Positions 1 to 10,704 of a stretch of DNA of 64,000 nucleotides are shown piece after piece. Position 1 is the stretch's first letter. Each line of letters starts with the position of its first letter. Origin of the DNA: Epithemia pelagica (taxonomy: Eukaryota > Protista > Bacillariophyta). The notes under the pieces are model-generated. The model worked only from the letters and a program-made list of their open reading frames with translations. It was not told the DNA's origin and did no database searches. The stretch lies in contig OX337230.1 in assembly GCA_946965045.2 (NCBI GenBank), positions 1,922,001-1,986,000 on the forward strand. Direction: 5' to 3'. Position numbers and translations under genes: made by a program.

Positions 1-3000
1 AATATAGGAACCAAGCAATAGCCCGATACATGCGATACCAAAGTAGATAAAAATGGAGCATATGAGTTTGTTCACATCGGTTGTTGGCACGAAGTCACCA
101 AGTCCGGCTGTTGTGAGAGAGATGACCGCGAAATATATACAGTCCAACGGTTCCCAACCTTCTTCGAGTCCAAAGATAAATAATGAGGCTGTAACATACA
201 ATACAAAATAGAGAGCCAAATAGCTTGTTGGTCCTTCCAGTTGCTTTGGTGCGTTTGCGACGCCAAAGAACGCTCGTTGTCTAGTCTTGCATCTAGGACA
301 AATGAATGTGGGATATTGTCGCTCATCCTCTGCTGCCAGAGATGTGTTTGGGTAAAAAGAAGCTCGGTTGAATTTTCCTTCGGGTGCTTTACCGATATTG
401 GAAAACGGTGATCCTAACGGAGCACGATCCATCAACATCACTTTCTGATAGGAGCCAGGGAAATTTCTCCCATCATCAATATGTTGCTCCACGTCCAATC
501 GTTCTGCAGACAACTGAGAATTTATTGGTATTGGACCTTCCTCGTCAAAATTGTCCAGCTCTTCTTCATCGTCAACGCATATGCTGTTGCGATGACTCGC
601 GATGCTGTTATGTAGGCTTGCGACGTCTGCATTGTCAATAGCAACTGCAATCCCGTCACGTTGACTTGCATTGTCATCCTGCAGACTTTCCTGATCCAGA
701 GCCACACTCTGCAAGGACCTTACAGAGGAGCGACGATGTTCTGTTTGCCACGAGTGCCGACGGTCTTCAAAGTACGGTGCCTCTGCTACACGTGGGTCTT
801 CCCACGAGCTGAATCGTTCTCGCCCATTTGCCGACTCACCAATGGCCTTGTGTTGATGATTACCGTCCCACCGAGGTGGAAGGTTCATTGCCGAAGGATA
901 ACTATGCGGCACGAATCCATTTCTACTCGTCATGTTGTAGGTTGGTGGAGTCGGCGTCCACATTTTGTGAGAGGAGAGAAACGGTGATTGTTGCTGTGTG
1001 AAAACAGGAGGCGAGGAGGGATATTGCTTGCCGTAGCCATTCGACGCATGGTAAACGTTTTGATTTGGATCCGTCGGATACATTCCAGGTGGAGGTGGTA
1101 CCAACTGAGAAGGAGGAGAAGGAAGAGGTTGAACCTGCGACGGTGGAGCAGGTACTCTGATTTCTGGTTTCGGTGGTCGAGTGAGGCTTGGTCTTCTTTG
1201 CTGCTGAGATGGCACTTGATGTTGCGGTTTCGACATTCTCCTGTGCTGTATATTATTACCATTTACGGCAAAGGCATAATCGTTGTCATTATCAGAATCG
1301 GATGAGTCATTGTCGCGAGAAAAGCTTGAGTCTACATCTGGTTTGGTCTGATGTTGAACAAAGGTGACCGGAGAAGCCAGGTTCCTGGAAGCTTGGAGTG
1401 GCTGTGATTGTTGCTTATTCTTTACCTCTTTTGCATCATCTTCGTCATCGTCATCTTCGTCCGGCGGTAGTGGAATGTTGTCCATTTTCATCCCCTTCCA
1501 ATCTCGTCCACCAGTTGCAAGGGTCGCCGCAGCAGCATCTCCACTACGAGCTCTGGTTTGCCTCGTATACTGTGGTTTCTTATCATTGTCCACTTCTGGT
1601 TCTTTTGAGTTTGTTGTGGTTTTCTCATCGTCCGCAGCATGCTCCAACATATAGTCGGAATCGAACGTCGGTGCTCTTGAGTGATGACGCTCGCTTTCAG
1701 AAGGACCGTCGCCTGTGGTCTTATTATGGATATGTTTACTCTTTGCAACCATTTCCTCCTCCGAATCAGACAAATCCATGATGATGGATTCATCCGCCAG
1801 GTTGTGGTGATGTCCATTGATTCTTCGTCTAGGAAGAGAATTGGGAGGTGATTCAAGCCCCGTATCATCGGCAGCACGTGGTGAATGATCAAATACAAGA
1901 CTGCCTGAGGTTGAATCTGTGTCTTTCAAGCCATGGATCATGCGTTGAAATGCGTTTGGCGATTCTACTGCCCCGTTGACAGGTGCATCGGCACCAGTTT
2001 TAACAGTAAGTTCGGGGTATACCGTTTGCTGAACCTCATTCAGAGAAGGCATAGACATCGCATGCTCAGCGGTAGATGCTTCGTTATCCATTTGACTTCT
2101 GGTATGCTTCTCCAGGGATGGTGGTGTGTATAAGGTGGAAGATCGATCTGGTGATCGCCCTCTGGAAGTTGCTTGTTGCATTCCATCTCCAGGGTTTTCT
2201 GAAGCTGCATGTGGTTGAATCTCTGCAGCATTGCTTGGATGCGACGAGGATGTACCTGTCCGAAAAGCCGAAGGCGTAAATTGAAGGAGAACACGATTTT
2301 TACTTCGACTGGGGCTTTCCCAGCTACTGAGACTAGTATTCCCAGGACTTGATGGTACTGGAGAATATTGGGCAACGCGAGGAGGGTTATGATGGCCATT
2401 CGGAACAGCACCGTCTTCATCCGACGAGAACTGCCGTCGAAACACCCGCCCACCTCCTCCGACCGGCAATCGATGTGGTGCTCTTATTCGACTCTCGTCA
2501 TCCTCTGCTGACAAAGAAGGTTCGCTGAGAAAATAGTGGTTGCTCACTGTTGTTTCATAATCAGGAAATGATAACCGAAGTGAAGAGGAAGGGTTTTTGT
2601 TTTCACCGCTGATTCCTCTACGATGACCTTCACTGTTGCTGCGTCTTGTAGCAGGTGTCGATGGAGCAACAGCAGCCACAGTTCCACAGAGAGCGTCAGG
2701 AGCAGACTCACTGAGCACCCCTCCGTGATTTGAATGTGGTGGGGTCGTCCCGAGCTCATGAGAGCTGTCTCTCATATATACAGGTCGTTTCGCGTCACTG
2801 TCGCCAATCTGATAGTACTCATTTCCTCCCAGTTTGGGTTCTTCCAGTCGAGGTTGGACATTTACGAAAGTGGCGGATGCCGTGGAAACATGACCCGTAC
2901 CAGAGGATCGAGGAGTTGGTATCATAGACTCAGGAAGTGTGTGAGGTGCTGTACCCGCCAAGTTTGAAACTTCGAGAGGACCTTCTCGTGCAGCGCATGA

Positions 3001-3015
3001 GGTGTCGGTTTCCAT
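1..3015 (-). CDS. K+ channel (Ion_trans_2, TPK/K2P-like) with a very long disordered N-terminus; runs off the window start (3'-partial)
   Basis: Manual translation gives a stop-free frame from ATG 3015 to position 1 (at least 1005 codons), absent from the ORF track. It ends in M1-pore-M2: SYLALYFVLYVTASLFIFGLEEGWEPLDCIYFAVISLTTAGLGDFVPTTDVNKLICSIFIYFGIACIGLLLGSYI. An upstream exon is possible. Confidence 0.88.
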   Translation of the reverse strand, partial: METDTSCAAREGPLEVSNLAGTAPHTLPESMIPTPRSSGTGHVSTASATFVNVQPRLEEPKLGGNEYYQIGDSDAKRPVYMRDSSHELGTTPPHSNHGGVLSESAPDALCGTVAAVAPSTPATRRSNSEGHRRGISGENKNPSSSLRLSFPDYETTVSNHYFLSEPSLSAEDDESRIRAPHRLPVGGGGRVFRRQFSSDEDGAVPNGHHNPPRVAQYSPVPSSPGNTSLSSWESPSRSKNRVLLQFTPSAFRTGTSSSHPSNAAEIQPHAASENPGDGMQQATSRGRSPDRSSTLYTPPSLEKHTRSQMDNEASTAEHAMSMPSLNEVQQTVYPELTVKTGADAPVNGAVESPNAFQRMIHGLKDTDSTSGSLVFDHSPRAADDTGLESPPNSLPRRRINGHHHNLADESIIMDLSDSEEEMVAKSKHIHNKTTGDGPSESERHHSRAPTFDSDYMLEHAADDEKTTTNSKEPEVDNDKKPQYTRQTRARSGDAAAATLATGGRDWKGMKMDNIPLPPDEDDDDEDDAKEVKNKQQSQPLQASRNLASPVTFVQHQTKPDVDSSFSRDNDSSDSDNDNDYAFAVNGNNIQHRRMSKPQHQVPSQQQRRPSLTRPPKPEIRVPAPPSQVQPLPSPPSQLVPPPPGMYPTDPNQNVYHASNGYGKQYPSSPPVFTQQQSPFLSSHKMWTPTPPTYNMTSRNGFVPHSYPSAMNLPPRWDGNHQHKAIGESANGRERFSSWEDPRVAEAPYFEDRRHSWQTEHRRSSVRSLQSVALDQESLQDDNASQRDGIAVAIDNADVASLHNSIASHRNSICVDDEEELDNFDEEGPIPINSQLSAERLDVEQHIDDGRNFPGSYQKVMLMDRAPLGSPFSNIGKAPEGKFNRASFYPNTSLAAEDERQYPTFICPRCKTRQRAFFGVANAPKQLEGPTSYLALYFVLYVTASLFIFGLEEGWEPLDCIYFAVISLTTAGLGDFVPTTDVNKLICSIFIYFGIACIGLLLGSYI

Positions 3016-3597
3016 TGAGCTCGGCTTTTACTGTATTGTGCATGTGAATTGGTGTAACCGAACTTTGGATGTCGAACGTGTCCAAAAAAAGAAACAAAGG
3101 ACCTCCTCCAGAGTCCTGAGCCACTCCAAGTTGCTCAGCTTCCTGTCACCTGTCACTTGTCTTGTCCCCGTACGTTATCCGCTTCCTTGCAAGCGAGTGT
3201 CGATGGGCTTCGGCTTCTTTGCAGACGATCTCGCCCTTGCTCTATCCGTTTACTGATTTGACGAAGTCAAAAAGTTGGTATTGTGTGGGAGGGCTTGGTC
3301 GCTCGCGTTTTTTTTGCTATTTTTTCTTATGTATTTGGTGGGGAGTGTGACAAACGCCATGTTGTCGTCTTCCCAAAGACACATCACACAGCACACAGCA
3401 CCCGGATCACACAATCGACACGCTTCACCAAGGGAATCCCAAGCGTTTGGTATCATTGTCAATGTCGGTCCCCCACCTGAGTCTACTGACACATGACAGT
3501 AAAACATATCTTACAACTGACATCACAATGACACCATGAGAGGTATCTTTCGTCTTTCCCCGTCTTACCCGAGAGATCTTTTGGTGATCTTTGTGGG

Positions 3598-4713
3598 ATG
3601 CGTCCAACAACCTTGTTGCTGTGGTTGGCGACGACGAAAGCGTTCCATCCTGGTTCTCTTCTTCATACTCCTTCGGTATTATTGTACACTCGAACTTTTG
3701 TAACGACCAAAAAATTCTTCATCACCAAATCAACAGTTGTCCCTTCCTTTCTACGAGCCAATCTCCGTCTTCCCTGGATTCGTGGGCAAATCAAGAAAGA
3801 AAGTAGTAACGAGAATCCTGCTCACGCAATGGTGTCACTTTCTTCCAACGAACCTGAAACAAAGAAGAACAAAAAAGACTTGATTCGTACCTTACTAAAG
3901 GGCATTGAAACGGGAGACCCTGCATCGGTGGCTATTGTTCAAGATAACAACTACATTCAACATAATCCGCAAACGCACGAAGGAGGTCAAGGTTTGGCTC
4001 AATTGTTTGCCCGTTTGTCCAAAACCAACCCCCATGTCAATGTCGTACGGGCCTACGAAGATGGACACTTTGTCTTTGCCCAAACAGAGTACGATTTCTC
4101 CACCAGACGCATAGGCTTTGAAGTCTTTCGATTTGATGATAATGACGAGTATGCTGTGGAACATTGGGATAACATTCAGCCCAGGCCTACGGTAGAGTGC
4201 AACGCCTCTGGAAATTCCATGATCAGTGGTCCCACCGGGCCATCTGACTTGCACTTGACCGAAACCAATCGAGCCTTGGTTCGCAACTTCGTACAAACAG
4301 TTTTTTTCGAAGGCGATTTGGCTCAAATGAATACTTTGTTGCTCGAGGATGAGTCAAAGTTCATCCAGCACAGTCCTCGATTGGCCAATGGCAAAGCCGC
4401 CATCTTGGCTAATCTTCAGCAACAAGTTAGCTCAGGTACCGGAACAACCACAAGTGCAAGTGAAACTGATAGTAACGAGGACATAACAAGCAAGGACCGT
4501 CAAGACAATCGATTAGTTCGTTATCAAAAGATTCATCGTGTATTGGCCGAGGGGGACACGGTTCTGGTGGTAAGCGAAGGATATCTCGACAATGTCCATA
4601 CATCCTTTTATGATTTATATCGTGTGGAAGATGGTATGATAGTTGAGCATTGGGAAACCATAGAAGCAGTCCCACCGCTCAGTCAATGGAAGAACAGCTA
4701 TGGAAATTTCTAG
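3598..4713 (+). CDS. Tandem SnoaL/NTF2-like domain protein with predicted plastid bipartite leader
   Basis: Two repeats of the pattern (Y/F)IQH(N/S)P..G / (Y/L)AE(D/G)..V..V / FRF(D)..or YRVEDG.IVEHW(D/E).I. N-terminus MRPTTLLLWLATTKA|FHP is ASAFAP-like. Intronless. Confidence 0.8.
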   Translation: MRPTTLLLWLATTKAFHPGSLLHTPSVLLYTRTFVTTKKFFITKSTVVPSFLRANLRLPWIRGQIKKESSNENPAHAMVSLSSNEPETKKNKKDLIRTLLKGIETGDPASVAIVQDNNYIQHNPQTHEGGQGLAQLFARLSKTNPHVNVVRAYEDGHFVFAQTEYDFSTRRIGFEVFRFDDNDEYAVEHWDNIQPRPTVECNASGNSMISGPTGPSDLHLTETNRALVRNFVQTVFFEGDLAQMNTLLLEDESKFIQHSPRLANGKAAILANLQQQVSSGTGTTTSASETDSNEDITSKDRQDNRLVRYQKIHRVLAEGDTVLVVSEGYLDNVHTSFYDLYRVEDGMIVEHWETIEAVPPLSQWKNSYGNF

Positions 4714-4916
4714 AGAAATCTTAATTACAGAAAGAGATAACCATGCATAGAAACTATGATGCCATGGGTAGTGGCGACGGAAAGCAAAGAAAGAGCTTTA
4801 TTGTTTTCAGCACGCGTTGTCAAAGTCTGAGATTCCAGCGGCTTCTTCAACATTACAACATGCAAGGCACGAATTGAATTCAGCAATTAGCAGTCAGGCG
4901 TTTGAACAGAGCTCCT

Positions 4917-5594
4917 CTAGAAGCTTGTAGCCGAGATGGTGTAACAGATTTTGCTGTTATCTTCTGGTAGATTGATCACGAGGTTCGCTTTCAGTTCTCC
5001 TGCTTTGCCATTGGGCTCACATCGCACCTCCAGCATAGTTGGTTCTCCCCCACGTCGGTCCATTCGTCCCGTAGATGGAGACACGGAAAAGCATGGATCC
5101 GAATCGGACGAAAAGCCGGCAAAATAATCTTCAAAGGTCATACATACTGGTTGCACCGCAATAGTCAAACTTTCTCCACTTCCCGATGCAGCAACATTCA
5201 TTTGCAAATCACCATCAGGAACCGAGGAAGGAATAAATTCCATACCGGGAGGCATATCCGGGTTCATGTTGATACCTCCAGCAATTACAGCATCGGCTCC
5301 CAAGTTCTCCAGACCGGGCAACTGAGGACCACCACGATCGCGACTCGTTAAAAGTTCTTGACTTCCCATCATACCTTCAGTGAATTCGACAGCATTGGGG
5401 TCATAACCTTCGGGGTAGTAGTCGCCCGTATCGGTACTTCCCATTTTCTCACTATCGGGCTTCCATGAGTTTCCCGACAAATCAAAACCCATACCCAAGG
5501 CAGATTTGGACCGAGGAGCCGCAAAAAGTGGGGCATGGAAAGCATCTGCGGTGGAGCTCACCAATGCAACTAGGACAGCAGTAGACGTCTTCAT
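4917..5594 (-). CDS. Plastid-targeted protein of unknown function (about 225 aa)
   Basis: MKTSTAVLVALVSSTADA|FHAP is a signal peptide plus ASAFAP motif. Single exon with a globular beta-rich C-terminal part. Confidence 0.75.
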   Translation of the reverse strand: MKTSTAVLVALVSSTADAFHAPLFAAPRSKSALGMGFDLSGNSWKPDSEKMGSTDTGDYYPEGYDPNAVEFTEGMMGSQELLTSRDRGGPQLPGLENLGADAVIAGGINMNPDMPPGMEFIPSSVPDGDLQMNVAASGSGESLTIAVQPVCMTFEDYFAGFSSDSDPCFSVSPSTGRMDRRGGEPTMLEVRCEPNGKAGELKANLVINLPEDNSKICYTISATSF

Positions 5595-5769
5595 GGTAAG
5601 ATACAAGTATTTTTACGAGAAATGAGAGTTGAGATTTGAGATCGCATTTCCATAAATGTATGCGCTGACGTACGCCATAGAATTGCAGTCGCAGTTTTAA
5701 AGTGTGCCATTCACAAAATCCATTGCGCCGATCAATCATCCTCACATGTAGTTCTAATGCCCATACAAG

Positions 5770-7531
5770 ATGGGCAAGTACTTTGCTTTTCTATATTTCA
5801 TCCTCGCTTGGAGCAGCAGACATGTGAAGAGCTTCACTAGTCATTACACAAAGGCGCGCACAAAGGAACCATGTCCGAGCGGAATTTGTTTTCATGGATC
5901 TTCTTCGCGTACATTCTCGTCGTCGCTCCATGAGAGGTTTCAGAGCGACAACCCTGAAGAAGCTGCCGTCATCGAAGAAAGTCGAATGGATGTCCTCCGA
6001 GCTCGTCGAAAGCAAATTCGATGGACGTTGCGCACTGCGGAAAGTATTCGCAACTTTCGATTGTCCAAGGGCTTTGTACCTGAGATTGACCCTGAAACTG
6101 GACGTCCTTTGAAATCCGATGGCAAAGTGGCCGTCTCCTTAACAGCGTTTCTTGTTGCTCTGGGAGCAGTAACCTTACGTTTGGGAGGACGAGCAGCTCT
6201 CATCTCGGCAGTTGGTCTTGATTTTGTCACCGACAATCCTGAACTTAAGGTACGCGGTTCTCTGTTGAAAGATTGAACTCTACGGTTCAAAAATGTTCTG
6301 AATTCGCTTCATCTTCCTTTATGCATGTTTTCTAAAGGAAAATCTGGATCAAGTGTTGGAGCTTTCTGATCAAGCCAATCCAATTGTCAAAGTGGCAATC
6401 TTTACTGCGGGATGGACAGCGGTAAAAGTGCTCTGTTTCGATGCTGCAGGAATTGGTCTAGCCCTGGCTTCGGGGATTTTGTTTGGTGGGGTGATCCAGG
6501 GAGCTGTAGCCAGTGCGGCTGCGGCAACCTTTGGATCCAGTGTGGCATTTGCCTTGGCCAAATTGGATACACCCATACGTCGGAAAGCGTTGGAGATTTT
6601 GGACGAGTACCCCAGTTTGAGAGGAATCGAGAAAGTGGTGGCCGAGGATGGATTAAAAGCAATCCTGACATTGAGACTGGCACCGATTCTTCCAATACCA
6701 ATTGGAATGTACAATTATATTTATGGAGTGACTAAGGTTCCTTATCTGTCCTTCTGTGGTGGCATCTTCCTTGGCAGTTTGAAACCATACCTCCTCGATT
6801 CGTATTTGGGATACTTTGGAAAGGAACTTGTGGAAGGAACTGCCGACACAACCGGAATACAGGATATTATCTTCTTGGTTGTTTTAGGAATCAGTGTCAT
6901 GATCGGTGTGTTTTCTACCCAACTCGCCTCGGAAACTTATGATTCTGTCTTGGCGGAAGTTGAAGCAGAGAAGAAAGCTGCCAAAGGATTGGGAGAGGAT
7001 GTTGATGACGAAGATGAAGTCACCACGGAGTTCTTTGGATTCCAGCTTCCTCAGTGGATGGTTGGATTCCAATATGTATGGAAAGACGCCGAGCGGTCCA
7101 TTCAAGAAGTTATCGATACTGAATTCGAAGCTGGCGTATGGAACTATACTGAAATCGATAAGGCGACAGGCCGTCTCGTCAATCTACCCGTTGGTCTATC
7201 CGATCCAGTGACTCAAAGTGACAGCCCCGAAGTAGAGGGTGCGAATCAGGGTATTGATTTCGCTTTCTCATTGTGTGAAAGCTTGGTCCTTTCTCCACAG
7301 TTGTTCTCTACCTTTTTCAAACTGGTCGACCCACTGTACTCCGCAGAGGACGACGAGGGCCTTCAGGAACGGATCCAACGGCGTGCGTCAAGTCCAAAGC
7401 TTTCCAAGGAAATGGAAGAAAGAAGACAAGCTTTGTTGGAACGAGTCCAAAACGTCAAAGCTCTTGCTATGGAGAGAATAAAGGATTTAGACGAACGTCT
7501 TGAAATAGAAAGAGAGAAGGAAAACATATGA
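5770..7531 (+). CDS. VTT-domain (DedA/TVP38/TMEM64, SNARE-associated) membrane protein, 2 exons
   Basis: Motifs GILFGG..G......A.FGSSVAF.LA, LTLRLAPILPIP..MYNYIYGVTKV....FCGG.FLG. A phase-0 GT-AG intron at 6250-6337 joins the two ORF-track pieces in frame. Confidence 0.85.
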
Positions 7532-7768
7532 GTCACTCAGGATTCAAACAACAACGGAGAATATCATTTACTAACATCCTATTGTCGTGCTTTTGCTGGC
7601 ACAAGAAGAACCAAAGGGTCCAAGTCTTCAACTGCCGAGCCGCTTGGAGCAACATATGAAACTTCATGGGTCGGCGTGAGAGAAGCGTCACCGAAATCGG
7701 GGACCGATAGGTTTTCATTTTTGTGGCAGTGTCGGCCTTAGCGCAATCCGCACTATAATTCTTCTTGC

Positions 7769-8656
7769 TTAGCCATTCTTTTTCTCACTACTTCTCTCGA
7801 CAGCCTTTCTCCCACTCCTAGCGTCTGCAATGGCTGCTGATCTTAGTAACCCCAAATCAACCGAACCACACACAAAACTATATCCGTCATCAAACATTTG
7901 CTGTACCGTTCGATTGGGTGACCGGAAACCAGCCAAAAACGCTGGACTTTGTAGGACTGCTTCTTCCGCCTTGGATATCAAGTCAGTCACTTCCTTCTTT
8001 TGGAACTGTCCCATTTCCCCAATACTACACGAAAGATCCAATGGTCCCAGAAAGATTCCATCGACTCCAGGCACCTGCGAGATCTCAGATATTGCATCGA
8101 CGCCTTTCAGTGTTTCTACCTGAAGCAAGACCAAGAGATCATCCCTTGCTTCGTCCATATAGTTTGTTCTAAAGTTCCATGAGCTTGCGCGGATAAACGG
8201 AACAGCGCACCCACGGAAACCTCCAGTAATTGCATTGCTTTCTTGACTGTCCACAGAGTTTTGCATAGGATATCTTGTGGCACGTACAATGTTCTCAGCT
8301 GTGGCCACGTCCTCCACCATGGGGACCAAGATTCCTCCAGGTAGTCGCATGGAATCCAATACTTTCTTGATGTAGACTGGATCATGAGGACTGGGTATAC
8401 GAACAATGGGCTCCGTTCTGTTTGAGAAGGATTCAGCCGACGCCGCATCCATGGCCCGTAACATATCTTGTCCAGATCGGACATCGGTCACGCTATGCTC
8501 ATGGTCAATCACCATGTGATCATATCCAACCATGGCCATGAGTTCCGCGACAGTGGGAGAATCCGACAGAAGTAACGGGCCATAGGAGCGGCCTCCATTG
8601 AGCAGGCGATGACGTAAACTCATGGCACAAAACAAGAGAAGGCGAAGGATGGCCAT
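7769..8656 (-). CDS. HpcH/HpaI family class II aldolase (GarL/RhmA-like)
   Basis: GYDHMVIDHEHS, PIVRIP, ILVPMVE, LLQVET..GV, VPGVDGIFLGPLDLS motifs. Confidence 0.9.
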   Translation of the reverse strand: MAILRLLLFCAMSLRHRLLNGGRSYGPLLLSDSPTVAELMAMVGYDHMVIDHEHSVTDVRSGQDMLRAMDAASAESFSNRTEPIVRIPSPHDPVYIKKVLDSMRLPGGILVPMVEDVATAENIVRATRYPMQNSVDSQESNAITGGFRGCAVPFIRASSWNFRTNYMDEARDDLLVLLQVETLKGVDAISEISQVPGVDGIFLGPLDLSCSIGEMGQFQKKEVTDLISKAEEAVLQSPAFLAGFRSPNRTVQQMFDDGYSFVCGSVDLGLLRSAAIADARSGRKAVERSSEKKNG

Positions 8657-9419
8657 CGCACAAAGATCTTGTGAGAGTGTGAGATCTTGTGGAGGCGTTC
8701 TGGATGGAGGTTAGGGGTGGGCTCCGAATCGATTGGGGGAATCATAATCATGGCTGGATCTACAATAAAAGGGGTAGCGGTTAGCGGTAGCCGTAATATA
8801 GAGGGTGAGCTAGAGCAAGGGGGGTAGCGGGAGTGGTCATTATTTACAATTTTTTACAACACCGTTCACATGATGATGAAATCCTGACGATCCCACAAAA
8901 GAGCCGATATGAATAAGAACTAGACTAGTGCAAGGCCACTATCTTCATATCTGAGAATTAGCTAGAGCCAGTCAAAACTTTTGAGATGGATTCTTTTCCT
9001 GTCTCGTCGCTCCTTGGGCGTGGAGAATCTTCATGACTTGGGGATAGCAAGGTAGTCTACCAAATATCACACTGGGCGTGTAGCTTTTATTGGATGAGAA
9101 TAAATGAATTACTCCTTAAAATATTGTGCAACAAGACTTTAGATATTCATAGTGGAAGTTCTTAGTTCGTGAGTTCACAAGCAACAACTGTTGGTGTAAA
9201 TTTTCCCGGCAATGTGGAACAAAACTCCCCTCCGCCTGCGGAGAATGCGGACAAGGACGTCACTGCTTCTGCCAAGAATTCTGCTCCTCCTCAGGTATTG
9301 TAACGGGCCAAGAATGACCACAAAGTCTCATACCTGATATGCTGCAGCCATCAACCAAAAGTTGCTGCATCTCTCAATCGGACGTTTGTTCCATTTCGGC
9401 GACAGATGAATGGTTGAGA

Positions 9420-10289
9420 CTAGCTGTCTGACGTAGATTGTTGATCAGCACGAGCCCGCTTGGATCGTCTCTTTTTCATGCGAGTGTTAATGTTGGTATT
9501 GTTTTCTACCATTCGCTGAGCATTGGGGTCCATGATAATTCCAATGACAATGAGCACAAAGCGTCTCCCCTCTCCCCTTCGGAATTCTCTCCACTTTTTG
9601 AAGCCATAGTCGATATATTTTTGTGAGAGTTCCTTGATATCGTTTCCTTCAATGAAAGTCACAACCAAATCACATATCGCAAATACGACACTTGCGATGG
9701 TAATAAATGCCACAATTACGCCAAATGTTGACAAGGGATGAAGGATAAGCATCGCCACCACAAGATAGCTCCATAACATGTGAAAGTTTAAAAGACCAGA
9801 GGTCAAGCTCCATGCAAAAATCCATACTTGTGACTGAGAAGAAGAGGATGCGACGCGACTAGAAGTCAAAAGATTGGGCGTTCGAGATGGTCCATGTTTG
9901 TGTTTGGGTGAAGCAGCATTTGAAGACTTTTCCGACGTTCCGCTTGTCGCATTGTCTTCCTCGCTTGGATCAAGATTCTTTAGTTTCTCCTCTTCCCGCT
10001 GCCGTTTTGCCTCATGCCGTTCTGCCAGTCGCAGCTCAATGCCCTGAGGCACAATCCCAGCAAACTGCTGCAAGCCGTGTTTGATTTTTTGGAGCGGTTC
10101 CCTTCTTGGCGACGAGCTCTCTTCTTGAGAGATCGTTGATTCAGAATTCTCTTTTGCGAAAAACTTGATCATGTTTCGTTTTATGTCCGCCATGTTCATC
10201 GGAACAAACTCTTGGGCCCGGTCTTTCACGCGGAACCAGAAAATGGATTGTGTCGCGTGAGAAGATTGCACCCAGCAACTAAGGGGCAA
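9420..10289 (-). CDS. Hypothetical membrane protein (2-3 TM); true start probably near MNMADIK
   Basis: 289-codon ORF with a charged N-terminal region, a hydrophobic block IFAWSLTSGLL...AFITIASVVFAICDLVV and a basic tail. No family recognised. Confidence 0.55.
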   Translation of the reverse strand: MPLSCWVQSSHATQSIFWFRVKDRAQEFVPMNMADIKRNMIKFFAKENSESTISQEESSSPRREPLQKIKHGLQQFAGIVPQGIELRLAERHEAKRQREEEKLKNLDPSEEDNATSGTSEKSSNAASPKHKHGPSRTPNLLTSSRVASSSSQSQVWIFAWSLTSGLLNFHMLWSYLVVAMLILHPLSTFGVIVAFITIASVVFAICDLVVTFIEGNDIKELSQKYIDYGFKKWREFRRGEGRRFVLIVIGIIMDPNAQRMVENNTNINTRMKKRRSKRARADQQSTSDS

Positions 10290-10704
10290 GCCACCAGATC
10301 GAGAAAAGGGAATAGTCTATTCTTCCAGCTGCCGCGCCTACCCGCTACTAGGGTACGGTCGACCGACTGCCCTGGCGCCATTACTCTCGGAATCATGGAG
10401 CGGGGGGACAGCCCGCTTGTGAAAAGGGGCCACATAGACGAACCGCTTTTCGGGCCCCACATCTATACTCCCAAGAAGGGGTAAATGGTCGCACATTAGT
10501 CGTATACTGATGAGAATTTCCCCTTCTCAGAATAACAAAAATGATTGACGGACAGAACATACATTTCTCACCCTCGCTCTAGCGAGGAGGTACCTGGTAA
10601 AATTGAAACCGCCAAGGCGGTAAAGGACGGCTGAGTTCAGTATCAGTAGTACAGTGGACAGGACTATTCTATTTATCCTTGGCAGCACTTCCTAGAAATG
10701 AAAG

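Noticed and set aside
72-3124. Many 60-140 aa ORFs listed in the track
   Set aside because: They are off-frame or antisense shadows of the long K+ channel frame.
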